Shown here: one piece after another, positions 32,300 to 40,937 of the stretch
Numbering within the stretch: the stretch's first letter is position 1
Layout of the letters: each line of letters begins with the position of its first letter
Assembly (NCBI GenBank): GCA_041653675.1
Contig: JBAZEY010000007.1
Span: forward strand, 1-60,981
Length of the DNA: 60,981 nucleotides
From: Patescibacteria group bacterium
GTDB taxonomy: Bacteria > Patescibacteriota > Patescibacteriia > XYB2-FULL-38-15
Direction of reading: 5' to 3'
Translations under genes and position numbers: made by a program
The notes under the pieces: model-generated
Database searches by the model: none
Seen by the model: only the letters and a program-made list of their open reading frames with translations
Told to the model about the DNA's origin: nothing

Positions 32300-35128
32300 A
32301 TGGCGAATATCAATTTCCCCCAAATGGAAGAAGAAATTCTAAAATTTTGGGAAGACAATAAAATTTTTGAAAAATCTGTAAATAAAAAAGCGCCGCACGG
32401 CGACTATGTTTTTTATGACGGTCCGCCGTTTGCGACGGGCACGCCTCACTATGGCCATATCGTCGCGAGCTTGATGAAGGATGCCGTCCCGAGATATTTT
32501 ACAATGCAAGGTTATCGCGTGGAGCGCCGATGGGGCTGGGATTGCCACGGATTGCCTATTGAAAATATTGTTGAACAAGAATTAAAAGTCACAAGCAAAA
32601 AAGATATTGAAGAAAAAATCGGCGTGGATAAATTTAATGAACTCTGCCGCAGCAAAGTTTTGATGTTCGCTGACGTTTGGAAAAAATTTATTCCCCGCAT
32701 CGGCCGCTGGGTAGATATGGACAATGCCTACAAAACAATGGATTTGGATTATATGGAAAGCATTTGGTGGGTTTTTAAACAACTTTGGGATAAAGGTTTG
32801 ATTTACGAAGGCCATAAGTCAATGCACATTTGTCCGCGCTGCGAGACAACTCTTTCCCAATCAGAAGTAAGCCAGGGGTATAAAGATACTGAAGATTTGG
32901 CCGTGGTCGTGAAGTTTGCCCTGACTGACGAGCCAAATACTTTTGTTTTGGCCTGGACAACTACACCCTGGACCTTACCTGGAAATGTTGCTTTAGCTGT
33001 CGGCGCGGATATTGATTATTTAAAAGTAAAAATTGGCGAAGAATATTTTATTTTGGCAAAAGCCACTGCGGAAAAAATTCTATCCGGAAAAGAATTTGAA
33101 ATAGCAAAGACACTAAAAGGCAAAGATCTTGTCGGAAAATCTTACGAACCACTTTTCCCCTATTTTGATAATCCGGAAAATCGCGAAAGAGGTTTTAAAA
33201 TTTATGCCGCCGATTTTGTCGCCACCGAAGAAGGAACAGGCGTTGTCCATATTGCTCCAGCTTTTGGCGAAGATGATTTGAGACTCGGGAAAAAAGAAAA
33301 CTTGCCTTTTCTCCAACATGTTGATTTTTCCGGCCGATTTACTTTGGGAGTTAAAGATTTTGCCGAAGATCTAGTAAAACCGGCTGCCAACCCGGGGATC
33401 ACTGATAAAAAAATTGCGGAGTGGCTCGAAGAACACGGCAAACTTTTTTCCAAAGAAAAATATACGCACAGTTATCCTTTTTGCTGGCGCTGTGATACCC
33501 CCCTTCTCAATTATTCCACCTCCTCTTGGTTTGTTAAGGTAACAGACATCAAGGAAAAAATTTTAAAATTAGCAGAAAAAATTAATTGGATTCCGGAACA
33601 TATTAAAGAGGGCCGTTTTGGGAATTGGCTGGAGGGCGCCGAGGATTGGTCAATTTCTCGCCAAAGATATTGGGGCTCGGTTTTACCTATTTGGCGATGC
33701 AAATGCGGTGAATTGCATGTCTTGGGAAGCCGCGAGGAGTTAGAAAAATTTTCCGGCAAAAAGGTGGATGACTTACATAAGCACACTGTCGACAAATTAA
33801 TTTTAAAATGCGAAAAATGCGGCGGCGAAATGCGGCGCGTCCCCGACGTTTTGGATTGCTGGTTTGAATCTGGTTCAATGCCTTACGCCCAAATGCATTA
33901 TCCGTTTGAAAATAAGAAAAAATTTGAAGAAAATTTTCCGGCTAAATTTATCGCTGAAGGCGTTGACCAAACCCGCTGCTGGTTTTATTATCTTCATGTT
34001 TTATCCACGGCGATTATGGATGACGTCGCCTTTTTGAATGTTATCGCGAATGGCATAGTCTTGGCCGAAAGCGGACAAAAAATGTCCAAACGTTTAAAAA
34101 ATTATCCTGATCCGACCGAAGTAATTGACCGCTATGGCGCCGACGCGCTTCGCTATTATTTGCTTACCTCGCCGGTTATGAAAGCGGACACTTTAAATTT
34201 TTCCGTGAAAGGCGTTGATGAAATGTTTAAAAAGTTGATCATGATTTTATGGAATGTCTTTTCTTTTTATCAAATGTACGCCACGGATAAAGTTAAGCCT
34301 GTGGCAAAATCAAAAAATATTTTAGACCAATGGATCGTTTCAAAATTGCAAATCTTGCTTCAAACTGTGACTGAAAATATGAATGCTTATGATTTGGTTG
34401 CGGCAAACCGCCCAATCATGGATTTCGTAAACGACCTTTCGACTTGGTATCTCCGCCGAAGCCGCGACCGCTTTAAGGGCGATGATAAAAAAGATAAAGA
34501 CGCGGCGCTTGGAACACTAAAATATGTTTTATTGACATTCAGTAAAATTATCGCGCCGTCAATTCCTTTTATCGCGGAAAAACTTTATCAAGAGTTGCAC
34601 GGTCCGGAAGAATCTGTTCATCTTGAAACTTGGCCAGAATTTGAAAAGAAATTAGTTAATCAAAAAATCTTGGACCAGATGGATTTATCCAAAAAAATTG
34701 TTGAGGCCGGACTCGCGGCGCGCGCGGCGGCTGGAATAAAAATTAGACAACCGCTTGCTTCCTACTCCACGACTCTCGCTAAAGAAATGCCAGCGGAATA
34801 TATTGAAATTGTTAAAGAGGAATTAAATATTTTAGATTTAAAATTCGGTGAAGATAAATTGGATACGGAACTGACCGAAGAATTAAAAGCTCAAGGTTTA
34901 GTCCGCGAAATTGTCCGCACGGTTAATTCTCTCCGGAAAGAAGCCGGACTTTCGATTGGCGACCGCATTAATCTTTATTACGACGGAACCGCGGCGGAAA
35001 AAATCATGGCGGATTTTGGCGAAAAAATTAAAAAAGATACTTTAAGCGATAATTTAGAAAAGGGCCATGCCGAAGTTATGGGGCAAAAAGAAATTGAGGG
35101 TATCTGGCTTGGCATTAAAAAAATATAA
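32300..35128 (+). CDS. ileS: isoleucine--tRNA ligase (type 2)
   Basis: FYDGPPFATGTPHYGHI (HIGH region), GWDCHGLP and KMSKRLKN (KMSKS). Confidence 0.95.
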   Translation: MANINFPQMEEEILKFWEDNKIFEKSVNKKAPHGDYVFYDGPPFATGTPHYGHIVASLMKDAVPRYFTMQGYRVERRWGWDCHGLPIENIVEQELKVTSKKDIEEKIGVDKFNELCRSKVLMFADVWKKFIPRIGRWVDMDNAYKTMDLDYMESIWWVFKQLWDKGLIYEGHKSMHICPRCETTLSQSEVSQGYKDTEDLAVVVKFALTDEPNTFVLAWTTTPWTLPGNVALAVGADIDYLKVKIGEEYFILAKATAEKILSGKEFEIAKTLKGKDLVGKSYEPLFPYFDNPENRERGFKIYAADFVATEEGTGVVHIAPAFGEDDLRLGKKENLPFLQHVDFSGRFTLGVKDFAEDLVKPAANPGITDKKIAEWLEEHGKLFSKEKYTHSYPFCWRCDTPLLNYSTSSWFVKVTDIKEKILKLAEKINWIPEHIKEGRFGNWLEGAEDWSISRQRYWGSVLPIWRCKCGELHVLGSREELEKFSGKKVDDLHKHTVDKLILKCEKCGGEMRRVPDVLDCWFESGSMPYAQMHYPFENKKKFEENFPAKFIAEGVDQTRCWFYYLHVLSTAIMDDVAFLNVIANGIVLAESGQKMSKRLKNYPDPTEVIDRYGADALRYYLLTSPVMKADTLNFSVKGVDEMFKKLIMILWNVFSFYQMYATDKVKPVAKSKNILDQWIVSKLQILLQTVTENMNAYDLVAANRPIMDFVNDLSTWYLRRSRDRFKGDDKKDKDAALGTLKYVLLTFSKIIAPSIPFIAEKLYQELHGPEESVHLETWPEFEKKLVNQKILDQMDLSKKIVEAGLAARAAAGIKIRQPLASYSTTLAKEMPAEYIEIVKEELNILDLKFGEDKLDTELTEELKAQGLVREIVRTVNSLRKEAGLSIGDRINLYYDGTAAEKIMADFGEKIKKDTLSDNLEKGHAEVMGQKEIEGIWLGIKKI

Positions 35129-35129
35129 T

Positions 35130-36086
35130 ATGACTATAAAACAAATTTTTGATTTGGCGATAAAAATGGGAATTGATTCCGACTTGCGCGGCAAGGCGGC
35201 GGTTTTGAAAATGTTGAAAAGAAAAAAAGAACAATATGAAAAAATGGGCAAAGAACAAAAAGAGGAGTTTGACCCTGAAGCACTTACTAATCCATACCTC
35301 GACAGCCGGATTCATTTTGACTCCGGAAAAAATCCGATTAAAAAAATTCTCGCCGGTATAGATATGGAAAGCGGCGAAGTTCTTTTAGCCGACAAACTCA
35401 GTAATATTGATTTGGTTTTAGCTCATCATCCGCGCGGAAAAGCCCTAACTGACCTGGCGGACGTGATGCATCTGCAGGCTGATGTTTACGCCCAATACGG
35501 CGTGCCAATCAACGTTGCCGAGGCAATCCAGAAAACTCGGATTGAAGAAGTTGCGCGCGGCGTAAATCCCGTCAACCACTACCGCCCGATTGATACCGCC
35601 CGCCTTTTAAAAATCAGCTATATCAATGTTCATACACCCTGTGATAATTTAGTAGCAAATTTCTTAAAGAAAAAAATTACCGCGGCCAAACCGGAATACG
35701 TTGGAGAAATTTTAAAATTATTAAAAGAAATTCCTGAATACAAAGAAGCAATAAAACTTGGCGCCGGCCCGCGGCTTTTTGCCGGCCATCCGGAAAATCA
35801 CTCTGGCAAAGTTGCTGTCACGGAAATCACCGGCGGGACTGAACCTTCCTCAAAAATTTATGAAAAACTCGCCCAGGCCGGAGTCGGTACTATTATCGGT
35901 ATGCATCTGTCCGAAGAACACAAAAAAGAGGCTGAGGCGGCGCACATCAACGTTATCATCGCCGGACATATGTCCTCCGACTCGCTTGGCATGAACTTAT
36001 TTTTAGACGAACTCGAAAAGAAAGGAATTGAAATTATCCCCTGCTCCGGTTTAATCCGTATTAAAAGATTCAAATCAAAAAAATAA
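35130..36086 (+). CDS. Nif3-like dinuclear metal center protein
   Basis: Start trimmed to MTIKQIFDL. Motifs DLVLAHHP and IIAGHMSSD. Confidence 0.65.
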   Translation: MTIKQIFDLAIKMGIDSDLRGKAAVLKMLKRKKEQYEKMGKEQKEEFDPEALTNPYLDSRIHFDSGKNPIKKILAGIDMESGEVLLADKLSNIDLVLAHHPRGKALTDLADVMHLQADVYAQYGVPINVAEAIQKTRIEEVARGVNPVNHYRPIDTARLLKISYINVHTPCDNLVANFLKKKITAAKPEYVGEILKLLKEIPEYKEAIKLGAGPRLFAGHPENHSGKVAVTEITGGTEPSSKIYEKLAQAGVGTIIGMHLSEEHKKEAEAAHINVIIAGHMSSDSLGMNLFLDELEKKGIEIIPCSGLIRIKRFKSKK

Positions 36087-36090
36087 ACCT

Positions 36091-36645
36091 ATGATTTCCT
36101 ATCTCAAAGGAAAAATTATTTACAAAGGCGACCACTTTGCTATTTTAGAAACGGGCGGAGTGGGCTTTAAAGTTTTTTTGCCGGAGGCATATCTTTTAAA
36201 ATCTAAAACTGGAGAAATTATTGAAGTTTTCACTCATGAATATGTCCGCGAAGACAGCCGCGATCTCTATGGTTTTGGCACAGCTGAAGAATTAAGATTT
36301 TTTTGGCAATTGATTGATATTTCCGGCGTTGGTCCAAAGATGGCACATAGATTAATCTCTGCATATAAATTAGAAAAACTAGAAAAGGCTATTTCCGAAG
36401 GAGATTTGGGAATTCTAGGAACCATCCCTGGCGTGGGCAAAAAAACCGCCCAAAAAATAATTTTGGAATTAAAGGGAAAACTCGTAACCGGGAATTCCAT
36501 TTCGGGCGATAATGAAATTGTGGATGCTTTGGTTCGCCTGGGATATTCCAAAAACGAAGCGCAAGAGGCGGTTGGAAAAATCGGCGAAGAGGTGGAAGGC
36601 GCGGAAAATAAAATTAAAGCGGCCCTGAAAAATTTGGGTAAATAA
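36091..36645 (+). CDS. ruvA: Holliday junction branch migration protein RuvA
   Basis: MISYLKGKI..VGFKVF OB fold and two HhH motifs (ISGVGPKMA, IPGVGKKTA). Confidence 0.9.
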   Translation: MISYLKGKIIYKGDHFAILETGGVGFKVFLPEAYLLKSKTGEIIEVFTHEYVREDSRDLYGFGTAEELRFFWQLIDISGVGPKMAHRLISAYKLEKLEKAISEGDLGILGTIPGVGKKTAQKIILELKGKLVTGNSISGDNEIVDALVRLGYSKNEAQEAVGKIGEEVEGAENKIKAALKNLGK

Positions 36646-36647
36646 AA

Positions 36648-37601
36648 ATGTTTGAAGTAAAACAAATCGACGACAAAATTAAGTGGAATAATTTTTTATT
36701 AAACCAGCCAACCCAGACTGGAATTTTTTTACAGAGCGCCGAATGGCTTGATTTTCAGGAAAATTTTGGACACAAAATTTACCGCCTTGGGTTTGCTGAC
36801 GAAAAAAATGACCTCAAGGCGATTTGCGGCGTGATCCAAAACACTCTGCCCTTCGGGAAAAAATATTTATATATCCCAAGAGGCCCAATTAGCGCAGAAA
36901 AAGTAATGATCGATGAGATAAAAAAAATCGCCCAAAAAGACGGTGCTATGTTTTTAAAAATAGAACCGCTCGTAGAAATTCCGCTTCCTTCATTGCGGCT
37001 CGTTACACCCGTTCAACCTAAACAAACACTTATTCTTGATCTCGCGAAGTCGGAGGAAGAACTCCTCGCGGCAATGCATGAAAAAACTCGCTATAATATT
37101 CGTCTAGCCGAGAAAAAAAATCTTATTTTAAAAAATGAATCACTTGAGGATTTTTGGAAATTAATGGAAGAGACAACTGCCCGCGATAAATTTCATGCTC
37201 ATCCAAAAAAATATTATGAATCAATGTTAGAAAAGATAAACGGCGATGGAAAAAAAGAAATGCGCGTGGAGCTTAGGGTCGCTTATTTTGAAAATCATCC
37301 AGTTGCCGCGGCCATCATCGGATATTTCGGCGACACGGTCACCTATCTTCACGGCGCGTCATCTTATGAATATCGAAATTTAATGGCGCCATACTTTCTG
37401 CACTGGGAAATTATAAAAGAAGCAAAAAAACTCGGCTACAAATTTTATGACTTCTGGGGAATTGATGAAAAAAAATGGCCGGGCGTGACCCGTTTTAAAA
37501 AAGGCTTTGGCGGGTTTGAAATAAATTATCCCGGCACTTTTGATTTGCCAATCAATAAAATTTGGTATAAAATCTACAATCTGGCGAAAAAGATATTATA
37601 A
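36648..37601 (+). CDS. FemAB-family peptidoglycan bridge-formation peptidyltransferase
   Basis: FLQSAEWLDFQ.., TRYNIRLAEKK, YLHGAS. Confidence 0.8.
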   Translation: MFEVKQIDDKIKWNNFLLNQPTQTGIFLQSAEWLDFQENFGHKIYRLGFADEKNDLKAICGVIQNTLPFGKKYLYIPRGPISAEKVMIDEIKKIAQKDGAMFLKIEPLVEIPLPSLRLVTPVQPKQTLILDLAKSEEELLAAMHEKTRYNIRLAEKKNLILKNESLEDFWKLMEETTARDKFHAHPKKYYESMLEKINGDGKKEMRVELRVAYFENHPVAAAIIGYFGDTVTYLHGASSYEYRNLMAPYFLHWEIIKEAKKLGYKFYDFWGIDEKKWPGVTRFKKGFGGFEINYPGTFDLPINKIWYKIYNLAKKIL

Positions 37602-37682
37602 AGGGCATCCGCCCTGTGTTGACTGCGCTCGCTCGGAAATGAAAATAAAATTTTCACTTCTCTCGCTCGCTTGTCAATAAAA
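37598..37682 (+). repeat. copy A of a ~85-nt conserved two-hairpin element
   Basis: ATAAAGGGC-ATCC-GCCCTGTGTTGACTGCGC..TCGG-[11-bp hairpin 37636-37660]-CTCGCT..CAATAAAA. Homologous to the reverse complement of 57286-57374. Confidence 0.55.
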
Positions 37683-37697
37683 TCGCGTTAAACTTTT

Positions 37698-37769
37698 GCT
37701 CCCATAGCTCAACGGATAGAGCGCAAGCCTCCGAAGCTTGAAATAGAGGTTCAATTCCTCTTGGGAGCA
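37698..37769 (+). tRNA. tRNA-Arg (anticodon CCG), no encoded CCA
   Basis: Hand fold: acceptor GCTCCCA/TGGGAGC, anticodon stem CAAGC/GCTTG with loop CTCCGAA, T arm AGAGG-TTCAATT-CCTCT. Confidence 0.85.
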
Positions 37770-37864
37770 TTGGCCTGCCGCGATTTTTTGTTTACTTGAC
37801 GATTTGTCGAAATTTTTGTTAAATAGGGATGGTCGCTTGGATCAAGGGGGGAAGGAGGACAGGA

Positions 37865-38230
37865 ATGGATGGAATGCCTGACGTAAAAGCTCTAAGACGA
37901 ATGCGCTACGCCGCTCACCGCTGCGCCGTCTGCGGCAAACTCTGCCAGAAGCAGCCAGCCAAGTGTCCCGGCTGTGGCTCGCTGAAATTCGAATCGATTT
38001 CCCTTCAGGCGCCCGAATACTGCAAGGCGTTCGGCCACTATTTCGAAGAAGAACCAATTCCGAATAGCGAGCGAAGAGAGGAACTTCATGGAACGATGAG
38101 GCCGAGGAAGCTCGAGCTGGCCGCCATGAGTCTCAAGTTTCGCCAGTCCTGCCGCCGCTGCGGCCACAAAACGACGGTACGGAGGATTCCGCAGACCGAG
38201 ACGCGGCCGGCCGAGAATCCACCCAAGTAG
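37865..38230 (+). CDS. zinc-ribbon protein (121 aa), high-GC cassette
   Basis: The ATG is preceded by GGAAGGAGGACAGGA. Sequence CAVCG..CPGCG .. CRRCGH. Confidence 0.5.
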   Translation: MDGMPDVKALRRMRYAAHRCAVCGKLCQKQPAKCPGCGSLKFESISLQAPEYCKAFGHYFEEEPIPNSERREELHGTMRPRKLELAAMSLKFRQSCRRCGHKTTVRRIPQTETRPAENPPK

Positions 38231-38238
38231 CAACCACA

Positions 38239-38276
38239 CCGGCAGAACTCTCATAAAGTTTCTGCCGGATTTTTTT
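38239..38276 (+). terminator. Rho-independent terminator
   Basis: CCGGCAGAA..TTCTGCCGG stem followed by T7. Confidence 0.65.
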
Positions 38277-38283
38277 ATAAAAT

Positions 38284-38311
38284 AAAAAAGGGGCGAACTT
38301 TTGGTTCGCCC
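38284..38311 (-). terminator. Rho-independent terminator (convergent)
   Basis: GGGCGAAC-TTTTG-GTTCGCCC preceded by A6 (T6 on the minus strand). Confidence 0.6.
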
Positions 38312-38326
38312 ACCCCCCCTTCTTCT

Positions 38327-38557
38327 TCAATGCTGCTGGCCGTTCGGCAGCCAGGGTTCGCCACTCACGTACTGGACGTCAAGCACCTTCCCGCAATTCC
38401 GTTCGGCTCTCTCACTCCAACAGCGCGAGATTGTCTGCCAGACGAAGCAAGTCGCAACCCAAGGGAAACGCACGGGCGCGAGCGCCAGGTTGATGGCGCC
38501 GCCGAAAGTCTTCCGGAGTTCTTCTACTTGCTGCATTAGCCACATTGCTTTTCTCAC
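38327..38557 (-). CDS. hypothetical protein (76 aa), high-GC cassette
   Basis: The GTG start overlaps the upstream TGA (GTGA), which suggests translational coupling. Confidence 0.4.
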   Translation of the reverse strand: MRKAMWLMQQVEELRKTFGGAINLALAPVRFPWVATCFVWQTISRCWSERAERNCGKVLDVQYVSGEPWLPNGQQH

Positions 38558-38769
38558 TTTCCGCGGCTGAGTTTGCCAAGCCGCTGGATAATGAGTTCGG
38601 CGTCGTGCATGCTGAGCTTACGCCGCTCGAAACGCAAATCGCCGTAGACATCCCGGCCAAGCTGTTCCATGAGATACGCGTTGGCGTCTTTCCAGTCGGG
38701 AGCCTCCCCACTTTTCCCGGAAAAATCACCTCCGATCGGCGCTCCGCCTTCCTGTCCAAATCGACACAT
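38554..38769 (-). CDS. hypothetical protein (71 aa), high-GC cassette
   Basis: The ATG is preceded by GAGGGAGGG. Start trimmed to MCRFGQEGG. Confidence 0.45.
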   Translation of the reverse strand: MCRFGQEGGAPIGGDFSGKSGEAPDWKDANAYLMEQLGRDVYGDLRFERRKLSMHDAELIIQRLGKLSRGK

Positions 38770-38871
38770 TGTTAGCCCTCCCTCTACCATAAACTTAATT
38801 TACAATCATCAATCTGTCAACACAAAACCCGCCTCATCAGCGGGTTTTTACTTTTTTATTTATTTTAATTT

Positions 38872-40914
38872 CTACCTTACAATTCCCTTGCCTTCAGCTC
38901 CAGGATCTCCATCAAGATTAGAAGTCAGAGCCTCCCCGGTCTTTGTAATTATTGCTCCAGTTGATTTATCAGTAGCCGTTAGGTTTGTTCCTAAAAGCAA
39001 AGTCAGAAGTTTTCCTCTTTCCGCCGCCGTCGGCGAAACCGTCACCTCGAAATTGACTCCCAGGGCGTTAACATCAAGCGGCATTCGATTTAATGTCCAC
39101 GTTACTTCATGTGTCGCCTCGTCAAATTTCAATTCTCCGGCAGTGATTTCATACTTATTTGACCACTTAATATTTTCTGGCAGAGCAGCGCTAACTTTTA
39201 AATCGGTAATTTCATGAAGAGAATTGGCCACATCCCAAAAAATTCTATAAGCTGTAGTTTCTCCGACTTTAGGCGGCAAGGGACCGTTCCCTACAGCAAT
39301 ATTATCATCATTAAAATAACGCGCCCCGGTTTGTAATTTTAGATCACTATTTATTTTGAAAGTAATCGCGTTACTTTGAATTGTCTCCCCTGTAACACCC
39401 TCTCCATTTTTCCCAATCTTGACTTCTACCCAACTTTTTACCTCAAAATCTTTCGTGCCCCAATCTTGAAATTCCGAGAACGGTTTTATTCTTAACTGAA
39501 AATTAATTGTTTCTTCCGCGCCTGGAGCAAGGCTTGCTAACTTACTTATTTGACGCTTAGTCCAGGTGATTGTTCCCTGGCGTAATTCCGGAGAAAGTTG
39601 AGTGCCGAGCACCACGCCATCAAAATCATCCTTCAGGGTCGTCCAGTCTAAAATCATTTTATTATTTCGCGAAGTAGATTCAAAAACTATTTTTATCTCA
39701 ATATCAGAGAGATTTGTTTTGTCTTTATTTTGATAAACAATGGCGTAATTTAAAGTATCGCCGAAATTTTGCGCGCGATCCTTAGAATCACCGTTCAAGA
39801 TGAGTGTTGGGAGAATCGCCCCGATCAAGACATTCGTCTTAAAAGAATTTTCTTTTTGTAAATAAAATTTATCTCCTTTCATAAAACCAATCTGCACTTT
39901 AAATTCCCTTTCGCCCTCGGCCTGCGGACCAAACGAACCGCTAAAATCTATTTCTTGCTCTTTGCCCGGCGCTGCTTCCAAAACCTCCCAACTCATCACT
40001 TCTTTTTCCCCTTGCTTTTCCTTGAAAGAAAAATCTACCGGAGCAACCACGGAAATTTTTATTCCCTGAAGCGCGGTCTCTCCGATGTTTTTGTATTTTA
40101 TTTTAAATGGCGTTTCTTTGTTGGTTAAAATTCTCTCCGGCCCGGAAAGAGACACTTCTAGGAGAGAGTTTTCTATTTTTGTTACGGCCGTGGTTACCTT
40201 TTGAAATTCGGAATTAAAATCCGCCGGTTTATAAGTCAAAACCGCTTGAAGTGTTTGAAGCGACTCTTCCGCACCAAAAAGTGTTCCACTAATTTTTATT
40301 TCTCCTTCTTTTCCCGCGGCAATGCTTCCGATTTTCCAAATATTTTCCTCGCCGGAAGAAGCCGGCTCTGTCCCGCTCAAGGAAAAATCGCTTGGTAACC
40401 TGACGCTAATTTCTGCCTGCCCAAGGGGAACCGTTTCATTATTTTTATATTTGATAAAAAATTGTATAGCTTCTCCTCCTGCGGCCGTGTCCGGCGAAAC
40501 TATTTCCAACATAACATTTTCTCCACTAAAAGCTCTTCCTCGCCCGAAAAAGAAAAATCCAGCCCAAGAAAGCGCCGCTGCGCCAACAAAAAATATCAGC
40601 GCACCTACCACAAATCTTTTTAGTTTACTTCTTTTCTTATGATAAATTCTTGACATATCGGCATTTTCTCCATCTTGATCTTTGTAAATTTCCCTCAACT
40701 CCTTTTCTAATTCTTTTTTTTCTAAACGCTTATCCCTTCCCCCATGAAGGGCTGGACGTCGGATATCTCCAATCATTTTTTCTTCTTTCGCGGCGGGCAA
40801 TTCCCCCATTTCTTTCGGCGCTTCAATCATCTTAGTTTCCCTGCTCTTGGCACTCACGGCTTTTTTTGTCGCCCGACTTTTAGTTATTTTTTTCTTCTCC
40901 TTTTTTTCTGCCAT
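38872..40914 (-). CDS. membrane-anchored surface protein with repeated Ig-like (DUF11/CARDB-like) domains
   Basis: Lys-rich N-terminus, a single TM, and repeated ~100-aa beta-rich modules (..Y.I.Y.N.G...). Confidence 0.55.
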   Translation of the reverse strand: MAEKKEKKKITKSRATKKAVSAKSRETKMIEAPKEMGELPAAKEEKMIGDIRRPALHGGRDKRLEKKELEKELREIYKDQDGENADMSRIYHKKRSKLKRFVVGALIFFVGAAALSWAGFFFFGRGRAFSGENVMLEIVSPDTAAGGEAIQFFIKYKNNETVPLGQAEISVRLPSDFSLSGTEPASSGEENIWKIGSIAAGKEGEIKISGTLFGAEESLQTLQAVLTYKPADFNSEFQKVTTAVTKIENSLLEVSLSGPERILTNKETPFKIKYKNIGETALQGIKISVVAPVDFSFKEKQGEKEVMSWEVLEAAPGKEQEIDFSGSFGPQAEGEREFKVQIGFMKGDKFYLQKENSFKTNVLIGAILPTLILNGDSKDRAQNFGDTLNYAIVYQNKDKTNLSDIEIKIVFESTSRNNKMILDWTTLKDDFDGVVLGTQLSPELRQGTITWTKRQISKLASLAPGAEETINFQLRIKPFSEFQDWGTKDFEVKSWVEVKIGKNGEGVTGETIQSNAITFKINSDLKLQTGARYFNDDNIAVGNGPLPPKVGETTAYRIFWDVANSLHEITDLKVSAALPENIKWSNKYEITAGELKFDEATHEVTWTLNRMPLDVNALGVNFEVTVSPTAAERGKLLTLLLGTNLTATDKSTGAIITKTGEALTSNLDGDPGAEGKGIVR

Positions 40915-40937
40915 ATTTTTGCTTTAATTATTTTAAT

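Noticed and set aside
26420-38870. The possibility that the high-GC segments at 26.4-27.8 kb and 37.8-38.9 kb are large structured ncRNAs rather than coding. GC-rich islands in AT-rich genomes often are.
   Set aside because: Each contains ORFs with well-placed GGAGG-type SD sequences, CxxC/CxxCxGxG motif spacing unlikely to arise by chance, and intrinsic terminators placed after the ORFs. Coding is therefore favoured. This has not been excluded without covariation analysis.
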